This document shows, piece after piece, positions 1-11,634 of a DNA stretch of 64,000 nucleotides. Made by a program: the position numbers and the translations under genes. The first letter of the stretch is position 1. Every line of letters begins with the position of its first letter. The notes below the pieces were generated by a model that saw nothing but the letters and a program-made list of their open reading frames with translations, had not been told where the DNA came from and made no database searches. Source of the stretch: an uncultured Alphaproteobacteria bacterium (lineage in GTDB: Bacteria; Pseudomonadota; Alphaproteobacteria; Rhizobiales; Xanthobacteraceae); NCBI GenBank assembly GCA_963750965.1, contig CAVVSK010000014.1, positions 206,903 to 270,902 of the forward strand, given 5' to 3'.

Positions 1-186
1 GGTATCAGCTTCGGGCATTTTCATCGCAGCAACCCTGTCCCGGTGTGGCCAAACGCAACGAAGCGACGAATACTGCATTGACATGCGTTGTGATCCTTCG
101 CATCGAAAGCGGCCCACCGCCGTAATCGGCACGAAAGCAAACGCCTGGTTACCTAACCTAGTCGGATTTTCACGGGAGAGACAGAT

Positions 187-579
187 ATGCGGCTTTATTC
201 GCTGGCCCTGATTGCCGCCGCCCTTGCCTTGCCGTCAGCCGCCGCTGAGGCGCAGCAGGATCTGGCAGCGGGCGAGCAATCATTCAAAAAATGCCTGCCT
301 TGCCATTCGGTCGGCGAAGGGGCGGCCAACAAGGTCGGACCGCACCTCAACGGCCTCGAGGGGAAGAAGGCTGGCACAACCCCGGACTATTCCTATTCCG
401 AGGCCAATAAGAACTCCGGCCTGGTTTGGAGCGAAGCGGTGTTCAAGGAATATATCAAGAACCCGATGGGCCAGATGCCCGGCACCAAGATGGCTTTCCC
501 GGGCATCAAAAATGAAACCGAAATTGGCAATCTCTGGGCCTATTTGAAGCAGTTCGGCGCGGACGGTAAGATCAAGTAA
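187..579 (+). CDS. class I c-type cytochrome (c2/c550-like), exported
   Basis: 130-aa ORF with an N-terminal signal peptide (LALPSAAAEA), a single CLPCH heme motif and a distal Met region (PGTKMAF). Confidence 0.85.
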   Translation: MRLYSLALIAAALALPSAAAEAQQDLAAGEQSFKKCLPCHSVGEGAANKVGPHLNGLEGKKAGTTPDYSYSEANKNSGLVWSEAVFKEYIKNPMGQMPGTKMAFPGIKNETEIGNLWAYLKQFGADGKIK

Positions 580-600
580 GCTGTCTTTCCGAAAGGAGCG

Positions 601-1431
601 GTGCCAATGCCCAAGGACATTGTCGTCAATCTCATGGTTGCCGGCTCACGCGACGCCGCCGCTGCTTATGCCGTTTCCGTCGCCAAGACGTTCGACGCGC
701 ATCTGGCGGGCATCGCTTTCGCCTACGAACCGGTGCTGCCGGCAATTGTCGGCGGTGGTATCCCGGAATTGGTGATCGAGGAACAGCGCGAGGAAAACGA
801 AAAAGCGGCGAAGAGCGCGGTCGCGCAGTTCGAGGCGACGGCCAAAGACGTAAAGCATGAGACGCGCATGGTGCCTGCCTCTCTGGCCGGCGCTGCCGAT
901 ACTTTCGGCGAGATCGCGCGGGTGTTTGATCTGGCCATCGTCGGGCAATCGGAACGCGATCGGGTCGGTCCGGAAGAGCTGATTGTGGAAGGCGCGCTGT
1001 TCGGCTCGGGGCGGCCGATCCTGGTTGTGCCAGCTGACTATCAGGGCGGTATGCGGCTAGACCGCGTGTTAGTCTGCTGGAATGGCGGGCGCAACGCCGC
1101 GCGCGCCACCGCCAATGCCCTCCCCTTCCTGCGGCGGGCCAATGCGGTAGAGATCGTCACCGTCGGCACCGAGGCGTCAGCCCCCGCGGAAACGTCGGCC
1201 GCTGATCTCAGCCGCCATCTCGCCCGCCATGGCATCACGGCGGACGTGAAGCGGATCGAGCCCGGCAACCTGAAAGTCTCCGCCGCGATCCTGAACTATG
1301 CAGCCAAAAGCGGTGCCGGCATGCTGGTGATGGGCGGCTACGGGCATTCTCGCCTGCGCGAGTTCATCCTCGGGGGCACCACGCGCGGCGTGCTTGCAGC
1401 CATGACCGTACCAACGCTGATGTCGCACTGA
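601..1431 (+). CDS. universal stress protein, tandem UspA domains
   Basis: 276-aa ORF with two Usp-like halves. The C-terminal motif MLVMGGYGHSRLREFILGGTTRGVL is typical of the UspA ATP-binding type. AGGAG lies upstream. The start could be 601 (GTG) or 607 (ATG). Confidence 0.8.
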   Translation: MPMPKDIVVNLMVAGSRDAAAAYAVSVAKTFDAHLAGIAFAYEPVLPAIVGGGIPELVIEEQREENEKAAKSAVAQFEATAKDVKHETRMVPASLAGAADTFGEIARVFDLAIVGQSERDRVGPEELIVEGALFGSGRPILVVPADYQGGMRLDRVLVCWNGGRNAARATANALPFLRRANAVEIVTVGTEASAPAETSAADLSRHLARHGITADVKRIEPGNLKVSAAILNYAAKSGAGMLVMGGYGHSRLREFILGGTTRGVLAAMTVPTLMSH

Positions 1432-1439
1432 TCGCGCTA

Positions 1440-1785
1440 TTACTTCAGGGATTTCGCGAAAGAAGCGATGGTGGCGACGACCTGCCCATCGAGTCCATTG
1501 AAGCCGTGATAGGCTTTCGCCTCGCAGGGATTGCCGAGCCGTGCTCAGATAGGCTTGCCGCGTTCTTACAAGCTGGTTGTTGCGCAACGCGCTGAAGCGG
1601 CCGTCAGCTTGGATGTCGAGCCTGCCGTGACGGCCGGGCATAAGTACCACCGCCGCCTGAGCTGAGGATGGCTTGTTGAGAAGCGCATAGGAGTTGCCGA
1701 TTTTCACCGCGTCCTCTGCCGCGGCGGCGTAAGGCATCACGGCAACCAAAAACGTTGCGACGTACACGACGATCGCGGGCCTCAC
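1440..1785 (-). pseudogene. remnant of an exported alpha/beta (dienelactone-type) hydrolase
   Basis: The N-terminal ~75 aa are a signal peptide followed by VVLMPGRHGRLDIQADGRFSALRNNQLVRTR. The frame then degenerates. A second frame encodes a plausible C-terminus (AYHGFNGLDGQVVATIASFAKSLK-stop at 1440). The catalytic core in between is missing, and the annotated 202-aa ORF only stays open by running antisense into usp. Confidence 0.4.
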
Positions 1786-2444
1786 TCGTCCGCCGCTGGC
1801 AGCGCCGTCTGCACCACCAGCCCGCGTGCCCTTGCGTCCACAATCCCGAGCGCGCGTAGCGCCAGCAGCGTCAGCGTTTGCACCGCGAGCCGCGACTTGG
1901 CGGGGTCATCGGCAGCTGAGGCGAGCGGGCCGATCAGACCTTCCGTCATCGCTCCGACCAGGGCGGCAGCGGATAAGGCGGCATCCTGCGCCGGCAGATG
2001 TCCGTCATTGATCGCCGCGCGGATCCGCGTTTCGAGCTCATGGGCGATGGACTGGCGGTACACCAGCCGCGCGGCATCCACCTCCGCTTCCACCGGCTCC
2101 GTCAGCATCGCCCAGGTGAGACGGCGCGCACGCAACGCTCGCATGGCGAAGGTGGCAATGGCTGCCGGGAGCGCGGACAGCGCCCCGGGCGCCGCTTCCG
2201 CCGCATGCCGCATGGCCGCGCTTTCCTGTTCGGCTACGACTGTGGCCAATTCGGCGACCAAGTCGGTCTTGGCCGGGAAATAGCGATAGACGGTGCCGGC
2301 AGCGATACCGGCCCGCTCGGCGACCGGTGCAATTTGAACCGCCCCCATGCCGCCCTCGTTCGCTGCGAAGCGTGCTGCCGTCAGAATGGCCTCACGCCTG
2401 GCGGCGAGCCTGCGGGCTACTTTGTCGGTGCGGCGATAAGCCAT
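1782..2444 (-). CDS. TetR/AcrR family transcriptional regulator
   Basis: N-terminal HTH (ILTAARFAANEGGMGAVQIAPVAERAGIAAGTVYRYFPAKTDL). The ATG at 2444 is preferred over the upstream GTG at 2474. Confidence 0.85.
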   Translation of the reverse strand: MAYRRTDKVARRLAARREAILTAARFAANEGGMGAVQIAPVAERAGIAAGTVYRYFPAKTDLVAELATVVAEQESAAMRHAAEAAPGALSALPAAIATFAMRALRARRLTWAMLTEPVEAEVDAARLVYRQSIAHELETRIRAAINDGHLPAQDAALSAAALVGAMTEGLIGPLASAADDPAKSRLAVQTLTLLALRALGIVDARARGLVVQTALPAADE

Positions 2445-2451
2445 GGATTTG

Positions 2452-2475
2452 CGTGGTTCAAAACTGTGAACCACG
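2452..2475. promoter_or_regulatory. perfect inverted repeat CGTGGTTCA-N6-TGAACCACG, candidate TetR operator
   Basis: 9-bp perfect arms with a 6-nt spacer, located 8 nt upstream of the TetR start codon. Confidence 0.5.
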
Positions 2476-2546
2476 ATTCACGGCCGGCGGGCAAGCGATT
2501 AAACAGCGGGGTCAGGCCGCGCTTTCCATGACCGATGGAAACAAAA

Positions 2547-4472
<1,926 letters not shown>

Positions 4473-4643
4473 AAGGCGTCCTTCATGGGCGCGCACAGAC
4501 ACCCAGTGAAACGGTACGTGTGAAGCTTTCGGGCCTGACCCGTATCCATGTAGGTATCAGCCATCTTCCTGCCAAGGCAACCTAGCCGATTCTGCAGTTT
4601 AGCGGCCGTCCCCGGTCTTGGTTAGCCACTGTCTGAGGCGTGG

Positions 4644-5660
4644 TTAAGGCATTCGGCGGGGCGGCGCCCGTTCAACCGTGAGCCCTTCCGGGGTCACTGT
4701 GACCATCGCCCCGGCCAAAGTGCGGCGAAACCGCGCCCTGGCTGGGTTTTTGGCGATTATCGCGGCGTGCAGGGCCTCGAGCTTGGCCAGTTCCACCGGC
4801 CCCTCGTTGCCCGCGAATGCGACGGCGCGGCCAAGCAGCCGCAGCGCCACCTCGGCCGGCAAGGCGCCGAAATGCCGGGTCTGCAACTCGATAGGGTGAT
4901 CGGCCGACCAGGGTTGTGTGAAAAGCTCGCTTGCCTTGTCGACCGCCGATTCCAACGCCGCTTCCGCCCGTCGCAATCGGCGCGCTAGCAACGCCAGCCG
5001 CTCGGCGTCCAGTCCCTCGCCTGCCAGCGCCGGCAACACCTCCCGCATCCGCACCCGGGTGAAACGCGTATCGCGGTTGGAGGGATCGTCGGCAAAGGGA
5101 ATTTTGGCCTGGCGCAGCGTGGCCATCAGCCGGGCTTTCGGCACGTCGAGAAACGGACGAAACAATATGATCCGGCCAAGGTGCGTCCTCTGCCTCATGC
5201 CGGCAAGGCCGGCGGGGCCGCTGCCGCGAAGAAGACGCATCAGAACGGTCTCGGCCTGATCGTCGAGCGTATGGGCGGTGAGGATATGCGATGCGCCGGT
5301 GTTGACGGCTGCCTCGGAGAGAAGGCGATAACGCGCCATGCGCGCTTTCTCCTGCAAGCCGCTCCTCGGCTTCGCTCCGGTCCAGCGTAAGATGCGGTGG
5401 GGAACGCCCAGCGAGCGCGCGAGACGGGCGACCTGCTTCGCCTCGGCGGCTGATCCCGCGCGCAGTCCATGATCGACGGTCACGGCAAGGAGTTTCGGCC
5501 CGCGCTTGCGCGCTTGCCGCCAGCGCGCGGCGAGAAAGAGGAGAGCGGTGGAATCCGGACCGCCCGAAACGGCGAGCACAATGGCCGGTGCTGAAACGAG
5601 GTATGCAAATAAGTCGTTGGCTTCCGCCCGCGAAACCGGCTTCGCAGAAGTCGCTGGCAT
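4644..5660 (-). CDS. tilS: tRNA(Ile)-lysidine synthetase
   Basis: PP-loop motif SGGPDS near the N-terminus. The conserved position directly upstream of ftsH supports the call. Confidence 0.9.
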   Translation of the reverse strand: MPATSAKPVSRAEANDLFAYLVSAPAIVLAVSGGPDSTALLFLAARWRQARKRGPKLLAVTVDHGLRAGSAAEAKQVARLARSLGVPHRILRWTGAKPRSGLQEKARMARYRLLSEAAVNTGASHILTAHTLDDQAETVLMRLLRGSGPAGLAGMRQRTHLGRIILFRPFLDVPKARLMATLRQAKIPFADDPSNRDTRFTRVRMREVLPALAGEGLDAERLALLARRLRRAEAALESAVDKASELFTQPWSADHPIELQTRHFGALPAEVALRLLGRAVAFAGNEGPVELAKLEALHAAIIAKNPARARFRRTLAGAMVTVTPEGLTVERAPPRRMP

Positions 5661-5661
5661 C

Positions 5662-5832
5662 CTAGTGCCCCGCTTCCGAAGTTCGTGAATACACCGCGGC
5701 GTCCTCTGACACGAACTTCGGAAGCACAGGGGGCACTGAGAATTTATATGATTTCTAGTGCCGCTTTTCGATTTGAAGTTCCTAGGCGCATTTCCCGCAG
5801 GCGGTGTAGGAACTTCAAATCGGCGGCACTAG
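5662..5832. repeat. 171-bp double-hairpin intergenic repeat, copy A (RIME/REP-like)
   Basis: Two ~25-bp stems (GTGCCCC..GCTTCCGAAGTTCGTG / CACGAACTTCGGAAGC..GGGGCAC and CTAGTGCCGC..CGATTTGAAGTTCCTA / TAGGAACTTCAAATCG..GCGGCACTAG). It is the reverse complement of the element at 17548-17715. Confidence 0.9.
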
Positions 5833-6956
5833 CAGCGGACACGCTTCTGTTCCGCCGCCACGTTCTTCTTCACATTCGCCGAGGCACTGGCGTATTTGCG
5901 GCCAATCTCGCCCCAGGCGGCGCAGGCGGTTTCCTTTTCGCCGAGCGCGGCGAGCGACTGTCCAAGCCGCAGCAACGCCTCCGGCGCTTTCGGGCTGCGG
6001 TCGAATTTTGTCGTCACGGAGAGGAAGGACTCAGCGGCATCGCGATAGCGCTGTCTCTGATAAAGGCTCTCGCCGAGCCAATATTGCGCGTCAGGCACAC
6101 GGGTATCGCTCGGATATTTCTTCAAAAAGACGCGCAGGCTGTCTTCCGCCAGCGCGTAGTCCTTGCGTTGCACATAACCGAAGGCGAGATCGAACTCGTC
6201 GCGCGGTGCGGCACTGGGCGGCGCGACGCTGGCTAATTGCGGACCGCCGGCAGCATTCGGATTGCGCGGCGGCGGGGGCGGAAGCAGCCCTTGCTCGTCC
6301 GGCAGCGATGAATTGCCGCCCGCCTGGGACAGATCAAGCGGCGCGCCGGCCGCGCGTCCACCGGGGATACCGATCGGTGCCTGCGGTCCATTATCGGGCA
6401 CGGCGATGGTCGACGGCGAGCCAAGTACGCGCGGCGCGCCTGGCGCATGCGGGTTTTGCATTGGATCGAACACGTCGGAGGGACGGCCGGGTGCGGCCGC
6501 AATAACGGGCGGTGGATAATTCTGCGGCGTCGGCGGAGCCTGCTGCATGCCGCGCGGCGGTTGCTGATGGACCGGGTAGCCGGCACCGCCGGATCCGACC
6601 GCGCCGGATCCCGGAACGACGCCGGATGCGGAAACGGGGCCGGGGCCGGGAACGGGTCCGGCACCGGGATTTCCCTGCAACGCCCGGACTTGCTGCTCGA
6701 GTTGCTGATTGCGGTACTGCAATTGCTCGATCGTACCAGTCAACTGACGGATTTGCTGCTGGAGTTGGTTGATCTGCACCGTCAGGTCGGCTTCATCCAC
6801 GCCGCGCTGCGCCGGCGCTTGCGCGGTGTTGTTGCCGAACAGGTTATCGAGAAAATTGGGCGAGCGGCCCTGCTCCTGCGCAGACGCGGTTCCTGCCAGG
6901 ATCAAAACGCTTGCAGCGATAGCCGCCGCCTGAGACGCACGCGCAAATACAAGCAT
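5829..6956 (-). CDS. cpoB: Tol-Pal system protein CpoB/YbgF
   Basis: Signal peptide, N-terminal coiled coil (QINQLQQQIRQLTGTIEQLQYRNQQLEQQVRAL), a long Pro/Gly-rich linker and a C-terminal TPR domain. It lies immediately downstream of pal. Confidence 0.9.
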   Translation of the reverse strand: MLVFARASQAAAIAASVLILAGTASAQEQGRSPNFLDNLFGNNTAQAPAQRGVDEADLTVQINQLQQQIRQLTGTIEQLQYRNQQLEQQVRALQGNPGAGPVPGPGPVSASGVVPGSGAVGSGGAGYPVHQQPPRGMQQAPPTPQNYPPPVIAAAPGRPSDVFDPMQNPHAPGAPRVLGSPSTIAVPDNGPQAPIGIPGGRAAGAPLDLSQAGGNSSLPDEQGLLPPPPPRNPNAAGGPQLASVAPPSAAPRDEFDLAFGYVQRKDYALAEDSLRVFLKKYPSDTRVPDAQYWLGESLYQRQRYRDAAESFLSVTTKFDRSPKAPEALLRLGQSLAALGEKETACAAWGEIGRKYASASANVKKNVAAEQKRVRC

Positions 6957-7142
6957 AGGCGAAAGCCGAATCCTCTCCCCGGAATTTTCCCCAGCATAGC
7001 CCCGGGTGCGTTCAAATTGTGACTATTCATGCCAGGCGCAGCGAAGCTGCGAACTCGGATCCATAACTACCCGTGAGCTTTACGGATTCCGGGGCCGCGG
7101 GCTGATGCCCGCGGCCCGGAACGACCGAGTCGAATGCGCGCG

Positions 7143-7631
7143 CTATGACTGGGGAGCGTTAAGGACCGTCACTGCGCGTCGGTTCTGCGACCAGCAGGAG
7201 ATGTCGTCGCAGACCGCGACCGGCCGCTCCTTGCCGTAGGAGATGGTGCGCATGCGCGACGCCTGCACGCCGCGGGCGCTCAGATAATCCCGCACCGTCT
7301 GGGCGCGGCGGGCGCCGAGCGCGATGTTGTATTCGCGCGTGCCGCGCTCGTCGGCATGGCCTTCGACGGTGAAGGCATAACGATTGTATTGCTGCAGCCA
7401 CTGCGCCTGCTTATCCAAAGTGGAGCGCGATTGCGGCGTGAGGTCGGTGGAATCGGTCTCGAAGAAAACGCGGTCACCCACGTTCACCACGAAATCCTGC
7501 GGACTGCCGGGGGCCGCCGCGCCGACCGCGCCGGCGATATCCTCGTTCGGCTTGCTGGCGCAGCCCGCCACAGCCAAGGCTGCGATCAAAAAAGCTGCGA
7601 AACGCGCGCGGCCGAAAATACGCATCATCAT
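7143..7631 (-). CDS. pal: peptidoglycan-associated lipoprotein Pal
   Basis: Lipobox LAVAGC and an OmpA-like domain (FETDSTDL...EGHADERGTREYNIALGARRA). Confidence 0.95.
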   Translation of the reverse strand: MMMRIFGRARFAAFLIAALAVAGCASKPNEDIAGAVGAAAPGSPQDFVVNVGDRVFFETDSTDLTPQSRSTLDKQAQWLQQYNRYAFTVEGHADERGTREYNIALGARRAQTVRDYLSARGVQASRMRTISYGKERPVAVCDDISCWSQNRRAVTVLNAPQS

Positions 7632-7823
7632 CCCGGTGCCTCCATTTTGGCGTCGTTGCCGGACCTGCCTCGTCTTAGTAGAACTTGGTTAAACGAACGT
7701 TCCATCAACCTTGATGAGACCTTGCGATGCTCGTTAAAAGACGTCTGAAGCGGTGAAAGCATTTCTAATGGTTAACCAGACCTGAATGTTGAGAATGCGG
7801 CGGGGCGAGTTTCCAAACCGCGT

Positions 7824-9224
7824 TTACGAGAGCAGCGGCGACCAGGCCGGATCGGAAGCAAAGGAAGGCGTCGGCACGCGTTGCTCGTTGCGGCCGGAGA
7901 CGTCTACCGTGAAGAGCGAGGGCCCGCCGCCGCCGCCGCCATCGCGGAAAAACATGATAACCCGGCCATTCGGACAGAAGGTGGGCCCCTCGTTGTGGAA
8001 GCCCTCGGTGAGGATCCGCTCGCCTGAGCCGTCCGGCTTCATGATGCCAATGCCGAATCTGCCGCCCCCGAGCTTGGTGAAGGCTATGTAGTCGCCGCGC
8101 GGCGACCAGACCGGCGTCGAGTAGGACCCTTCACTGAAGCTGATGCGCTGCGCGCCACCACCCTGCGCACCCATCACGTAAATCTGCTGCGAGCCGCCGC
8201 GGTCTGATTCAAAGCAGATGCGCGAGCCGTCCGGCGCGAAGGACGGCGCGGTGTCGATCGCGGGCGTATCGGTCAGGCGCGTGGTTGCCTTCGACCGCAG
8301 GTCCATGATGAACAGGTTGGAATTGCCGCCCTGCTGCAAACTCATGATCACGCGCTGGCCGTCGGGCGAGAAGCGCGGCGAGAAAGTCATGCCGGGAAAA
8401 TTCCCAACGATTTCGCGCTGCCCCGTTTCAATGTTGAGCAGATAGACGCGCGGATCGCTGGTCCCGTAGGACATGTAGGTAATTTCCTGCGTCGTCGGAC
8501 TGAAGCGCGGCGTGAGCACGAGATCGTCACCACGGGTGAGATAGCGCACACTCGCGCCGTCCTGATCCATGATCGCGAGCCGCTTGATGCGCTTGTTCTT
8601 CGCGCCGGTCTCGTCGACGAAAACCACGCGGCTGTCGAAATAGCCTTGTTCGCCGGTGATGCGCGAGTAGATCGCGTCGGAAATAATATGGGCAACGCGC
8701 CGCGTATTCTCGGCGGTGGTGTTGTATTGCTGGCCGGTGAGTTGTTGGCCGGCGAACACGTCCCACAGTCGGAAGTCGGCCTTCACGCGTGCCGCCTCGC
8801 GGCGCACGCGGCCGGTCACCAGGGCCTGGGCATTGATCACGCGCCAATCGTCAAAGCGTGGCACGGCGTCGACATTGGTGACTTTCTCGATATAGGCGGC
8901 AGGATCGATCGGAGCGAAGAGCCCGCTGCGTCGCAGGTTATTGGTGATGACCTGGGTTATCTCGGCGGCGACGGCGGTATCTTCGGGCGTGACGGGAAGG
9001 AAGGGCGGGATCGCAATCGGAATCGGCTGGACGTTGCCGCGATTGATATCGATACGAACCTGCGCGCTCGCAGGTTGCGCGGCCAAGCCGCTCACTGTTG
9101 CAGCAGCAGCACCAGCGCCCAGCAGCAGCAGACGGCGACGGTCGATATCCAGCGGCGCGCATTGCGCACGCAGAATGGCATTAGGTTTTTGGTCGCTCAG
9201 CTCACGCCCTCGCCCAGCTCGCAT
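7824..9224 (-). CDS. tolB: Tol-Pal system beta-propeller protein TolB
   Basis: N-terminal signal ([27 protein letters not shown]) and repeated propeller blades (FSPDG.., WSPRGD..). It sits between tolA and pal. The start was chosen at 9224; the ORF is open to 9326. Confidence 0.93.
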   Translation of the reverse strand: MRAGRGRELSDQKPNAILRAQCAPLDIDRRRLLLLGAGAAAATVSGLAAQPASAQVRIDINRGNVQPIPIAIPPFLPVTPEDTAVAAEITQVITNNLRRSGLFAPIDPAAYIEKVTNVDAVPRFDDWRVINAQALVTGRVRREAARVKADFRLWDVFAGQQLTGQQYNTTAENTRRVAHIISDAIYSRITGEQGYFDSRVVFVDETGAKNKRIKRLAIMDQDGASVRYLTRGDDLVLTPRFSPTTQEITYMSYGTSDPRVYLLNIETGQREIVGNFPGMTFSPRFSPDGQRVIMSLQQGGNSNLFIMDLRSKATTRLTDTPAIDTAPSFAPDGSRICFESDRGGSQQIYVMGAQGGGAQRISFSEGSYSTPVWSPRGDYIAFTKLGGGRFGIGIMKPDGSGERILTEGFHNEGPTFCPNGRVIMFFRDGGGGGGPSLFTVDVSGRNEQRVPTPSFASDPAWSPLLS

Positions 9225-10116
9225 CGAAACCAATAATAACGTCCTTCCATAGTTCGTATTTTGCCGCGGGCAGGAAATTGTAAGGCGCGCACATCTGAAT
9301 TGCCCGCATCGCGCTTTCCGCCACAACCCGTCCCATCGGCGAATTGTTCGCGCTGAGTACCGTTGGGCTTACGGCCAGTGAACCGTCCTTGCGCAACTGC
9401 ATGCGGACATCCACCACGATATTTGCCGCATCGTTGCCAGGTGGCAGATTCCAGCATTGTTGGATTCGCGCCCTTAAGGCATCCATCTCATTTTGGGAAA
9501 GCTGCGATGCGGTCCCGGTTGCTGTGCCGAGTGACGGTGCGCTGTTGAACGTTGCACCCGCCGCCGCCAGCCGAGTCGGATCGCGCTTGTCCAGCAACGC
9601 CGCGACCTTGCGCGGATCAAATTTCGGCGGCTGCGGCTCGGGCTTTTTCACCGGCTGCGGCTTGGTCTCGGCTTTCTTTTCGGGCTTCTTCGCGTCATCC
9701 TTTTTCAGCGCTTCGGCGATCGGATCAACCTTCTGCTCCGGCTCTTTCTTGTCGGCGGCCTTGGTTTCGGTCTTCGGCTCCGGCGGCGCAGCAGCAGGTT
9801 TCGGATCGGGCTCTTTCGGCTTCGGCTCGGGCGTGGTTTCCGAAGTGGTCGCGGTGACCTCTTTCTTCTCCACCACTTTGGCGTTGAGATCCTCGACCGG
9901 TTTGGCCTCCGCGATCTTCTCAACCAGCGGTTTCGGCTCTGGCTGGGGCGGCGCCTTGTCGGCGCCCGCTGTTATCTTGGAGAACTCGTCGGCGGAGATG
10001 ATGTCCACCGGCATCGTATCGAGCGGTCTGGTTTCAAGCGGACGCGCGAAGGAGACAAGCGCCCAGACGAGCACGACGCCGTGCCCGATCAGCGATATGG
10101 TCAATCCCCCCTTCAT
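9202..10116 (-). CDS. tolA: cell envelope integrity protein TolA
   Basis: Single N-terminal TM segment, a long Lys/Pro/Glu-rich helical region and a TonB/TolA-type C-terminal domain. Its position after tolR supports the call. Confidence 0.85.
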   Translation of the reverse strand: MKGGLTISLIGHGVVLVWALVSFARPLETRPLDTMPVDIISADEFSKITAGADKAPPQPEPKPLVEKIAEAKPVEDLNAKVVEKKEVTATTSETTPEPKPKEPDPKPAAAPPEPKTETKAADKKEPEQKVDPIAEALKKDDAKKPEKKAETKPQPVKKPEPQPPKFDPRKVAALLDKRDPTRLAAAGATFNSAPSLGTATGTASQLSQNEMDALRARIQQCWNLPPGNDAANIVVDVRMQLRKDGSLAVSPTVLSANNSPMGRVVAESAMRAIQMCAPYNFLPAAKYELWKDVIIGFDASWARA

Positions 10117-10120
10117 CGCA

Positions 10121-10564
10121 TCACGACCCTTGCTCGACCTCTGTGACCAGCGCAACACGGCGGAAACCGGCAGAGGATAACCGCCCCATCACCCGCATCA
10201 CCGTGCCGTAGTCGACCTTTCGGTCGCCGCGGACATAGATGCGCTCGTCCATTCCGCCGCGGCTTTCCGTGATGGCCTTTAATTTGGCCACCAGTTCGTC
10301 CACCGGAATTTTGCTATCTTGCAGAAACACTTCCCCCTGCAGATTGACCGAAACGGTCAGCGGCTGCTTGTCCTGATCCAGGCTCTTAGCCTGCGATTGC
10401 GGCAAGTCGATGGGCACCCCGACGGTCAACAGCGGGGCGGAAACCATGAAAATAATCAGCAGCACGAGCATCACGTCCACCATCGGGGTGACGTTGATCT
10501 CGCTCATGATTCCATGACGGCGGCGACGCCGATGGCCGCTCGTCGCAATGCCGTTCATCGCCAT
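10121..10564 (-). CDS. tolR: ExbD/TolR family protein TolR
   Basis: INVTPMVDVMLVLLIIFMV TM segment with the conserved Asp. It lies between tolQ and tolA. Confidence 0.9.
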   Translation of the reverse strand: MAMNGIATSGHRRRRRHGIMSEINVTPMVDVMLVLLIIFMVSAPLLTVGVPIDLPQSQAKSLDQDKQPLTVSVNLQGEVFLQDSKIPVDELVAKLKAITESRGGMDERIYVRGDRKVDYGTVMRVMGRLSSAGFRRVALVTEVEQGS

Positions 10565-10574
10565 TGTCTCACCC

Positions 10575-11288
10575 TCACCCGCGCTCGTCGATCTGCCGCG
10601 ACAGGATGGCAGCAAATTCGTCGGCAAAGCCCTCCAGCCGTTGCGCCTGTTTATTCACCTCGGAAGAAAACTTGTTGTAGAAAATGGTCGCCGGGATGGC
10701 GGCAACAAGGCCGATCGCGGTCGCGAACAGCGCCTCGGCGATGCCGGGGGCCACTACCGCCAGCGAGGTATTCTTCGAGGCGGCAATCGACTGGAAGCTG
10801 TTCATGATGCCCCAGACCGTGCCGAACAAGCCGACGAAGGGACCGGCCGAGCCGACTGTGGCCAGTACCAGCAGGCGGCGCTCCATGCGCTCGATCTCGC
10901 GCGCGATGGTCACGTCCATCACCTTTTCGATCCGCATCTGCAGACCGGCGAAGGCTCTATTCGGAGTTTCGAAGCTGCGCTTCCATTCCCGCATGGCTGC
11001 GACAAAAAGCGCCGCCATGGAATGCGTCGGTTTGGAAGCGACGGAACGGTAAAGCTCTTCCAGCGACTGGCCAGACCAAAAAGCCTGTTCGAACCGATCG
11101 GTGGCCCGTCTGGTGCGTGCGAACAGCAGCACTTTGTCGATCGCGATCGCCCAGACCCAAACCGAGCAGATCATCAGCCCGATCATGACCGTCTTCACCA
11201 CCCAATGCGCTTGCCAGAACAGGGTGAACAGTGAGAGGTCCGAAGACGTGAGCGGCAGGGCCGACTGCGCAATGTCGGCAGGATTCAT
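10575..11288 (-). CDS. tolQ: Tol-Pal proton channel protein TolQ
   Basis: MotA/TolQ/ExbB family with three TM segments ([41 protein letters not shown]). Confidence 0.95.
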   Translation of the reverse strand: MNPADIAQSALPLTSSDLSLFTLFWQAHWVVKTVMIGLMICSVWVWAIAIDKVLLFARTRRATDRFEQAFWSGQSLEELYRSVASKPTHSMAALFVAAMREWKRSFETPNRAFAGLQMRIEKVMDVTIAREIERMERRLLVLATVGSAGPFVGLFGTVWGIMNSFQSIAASKNTSLAVVAPGIAEALFATAIGLVAAIPATIFYNKFSSEVNKQAQRLEGFADEFAAILSRQIDERG

Positions 11289-11585
11289 AGCTCGTCCTTT
11301 CGGCTACCAGTTCCCTCGGTCGAGCCCCGGCCGGCGGATGGGGGCCTCACTCCAATGGCGGAAGGCGGCATGGCAGCCGACTTTCCGTCAAAACACGCAC
11401 ATTTCGCGAAGATCAAAACGTCCACCACCGGCGGCACAGGAAATATCGCCAAAGGTGTCCACAATAGGGCGTCAAACCTCCGCAATCACGCACGCGATCA
11501 GCCGGTCCACGTCGCCGGATCATGCGCTCTAAACAGCGGCATCTATGGTTAAGGAAGGGTTAGCAGGGGGCTTGCGCGCCAGAAA

Positions 11586-11620
11586 GAAAAAAGCCCCGTC
11601 TCCGAAGGGACGGGGCTTTT
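11586..11620 (-). terminator. rho-independent terminator downstream of the DUF2852 gene
   Basis: GCCCCGTC / GACGGGGC stem with an 8-nt loop. It is followed on the minus strand by a T-run (A-run 11586-11592 on plus). Confidence 0.7.
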
Positions 11621-11634
11621 GGCGCGGGCCAGCT

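Noticed and set aside
1-186. A possible 5' end of a minus-strand gene at 1-24 (reverse complement reads ATGAAAATGCCCGAAGCTGATACC)
   Set aside because: Only eight codons are visible at the window edge, so no family or RBS evidence can be drawn.
7683-11563. Additional CtrA-like sites (TTAAACGAACGTTCC at 7689-7703, TTAACCAGACCTGAA at 7773-7787, TTAAGGAAGGGTTAG at 11549-11563)
   Set aside because: Each has only one perfect TTAA half-site. Such near-matches are expected by chance and are not reported as features.
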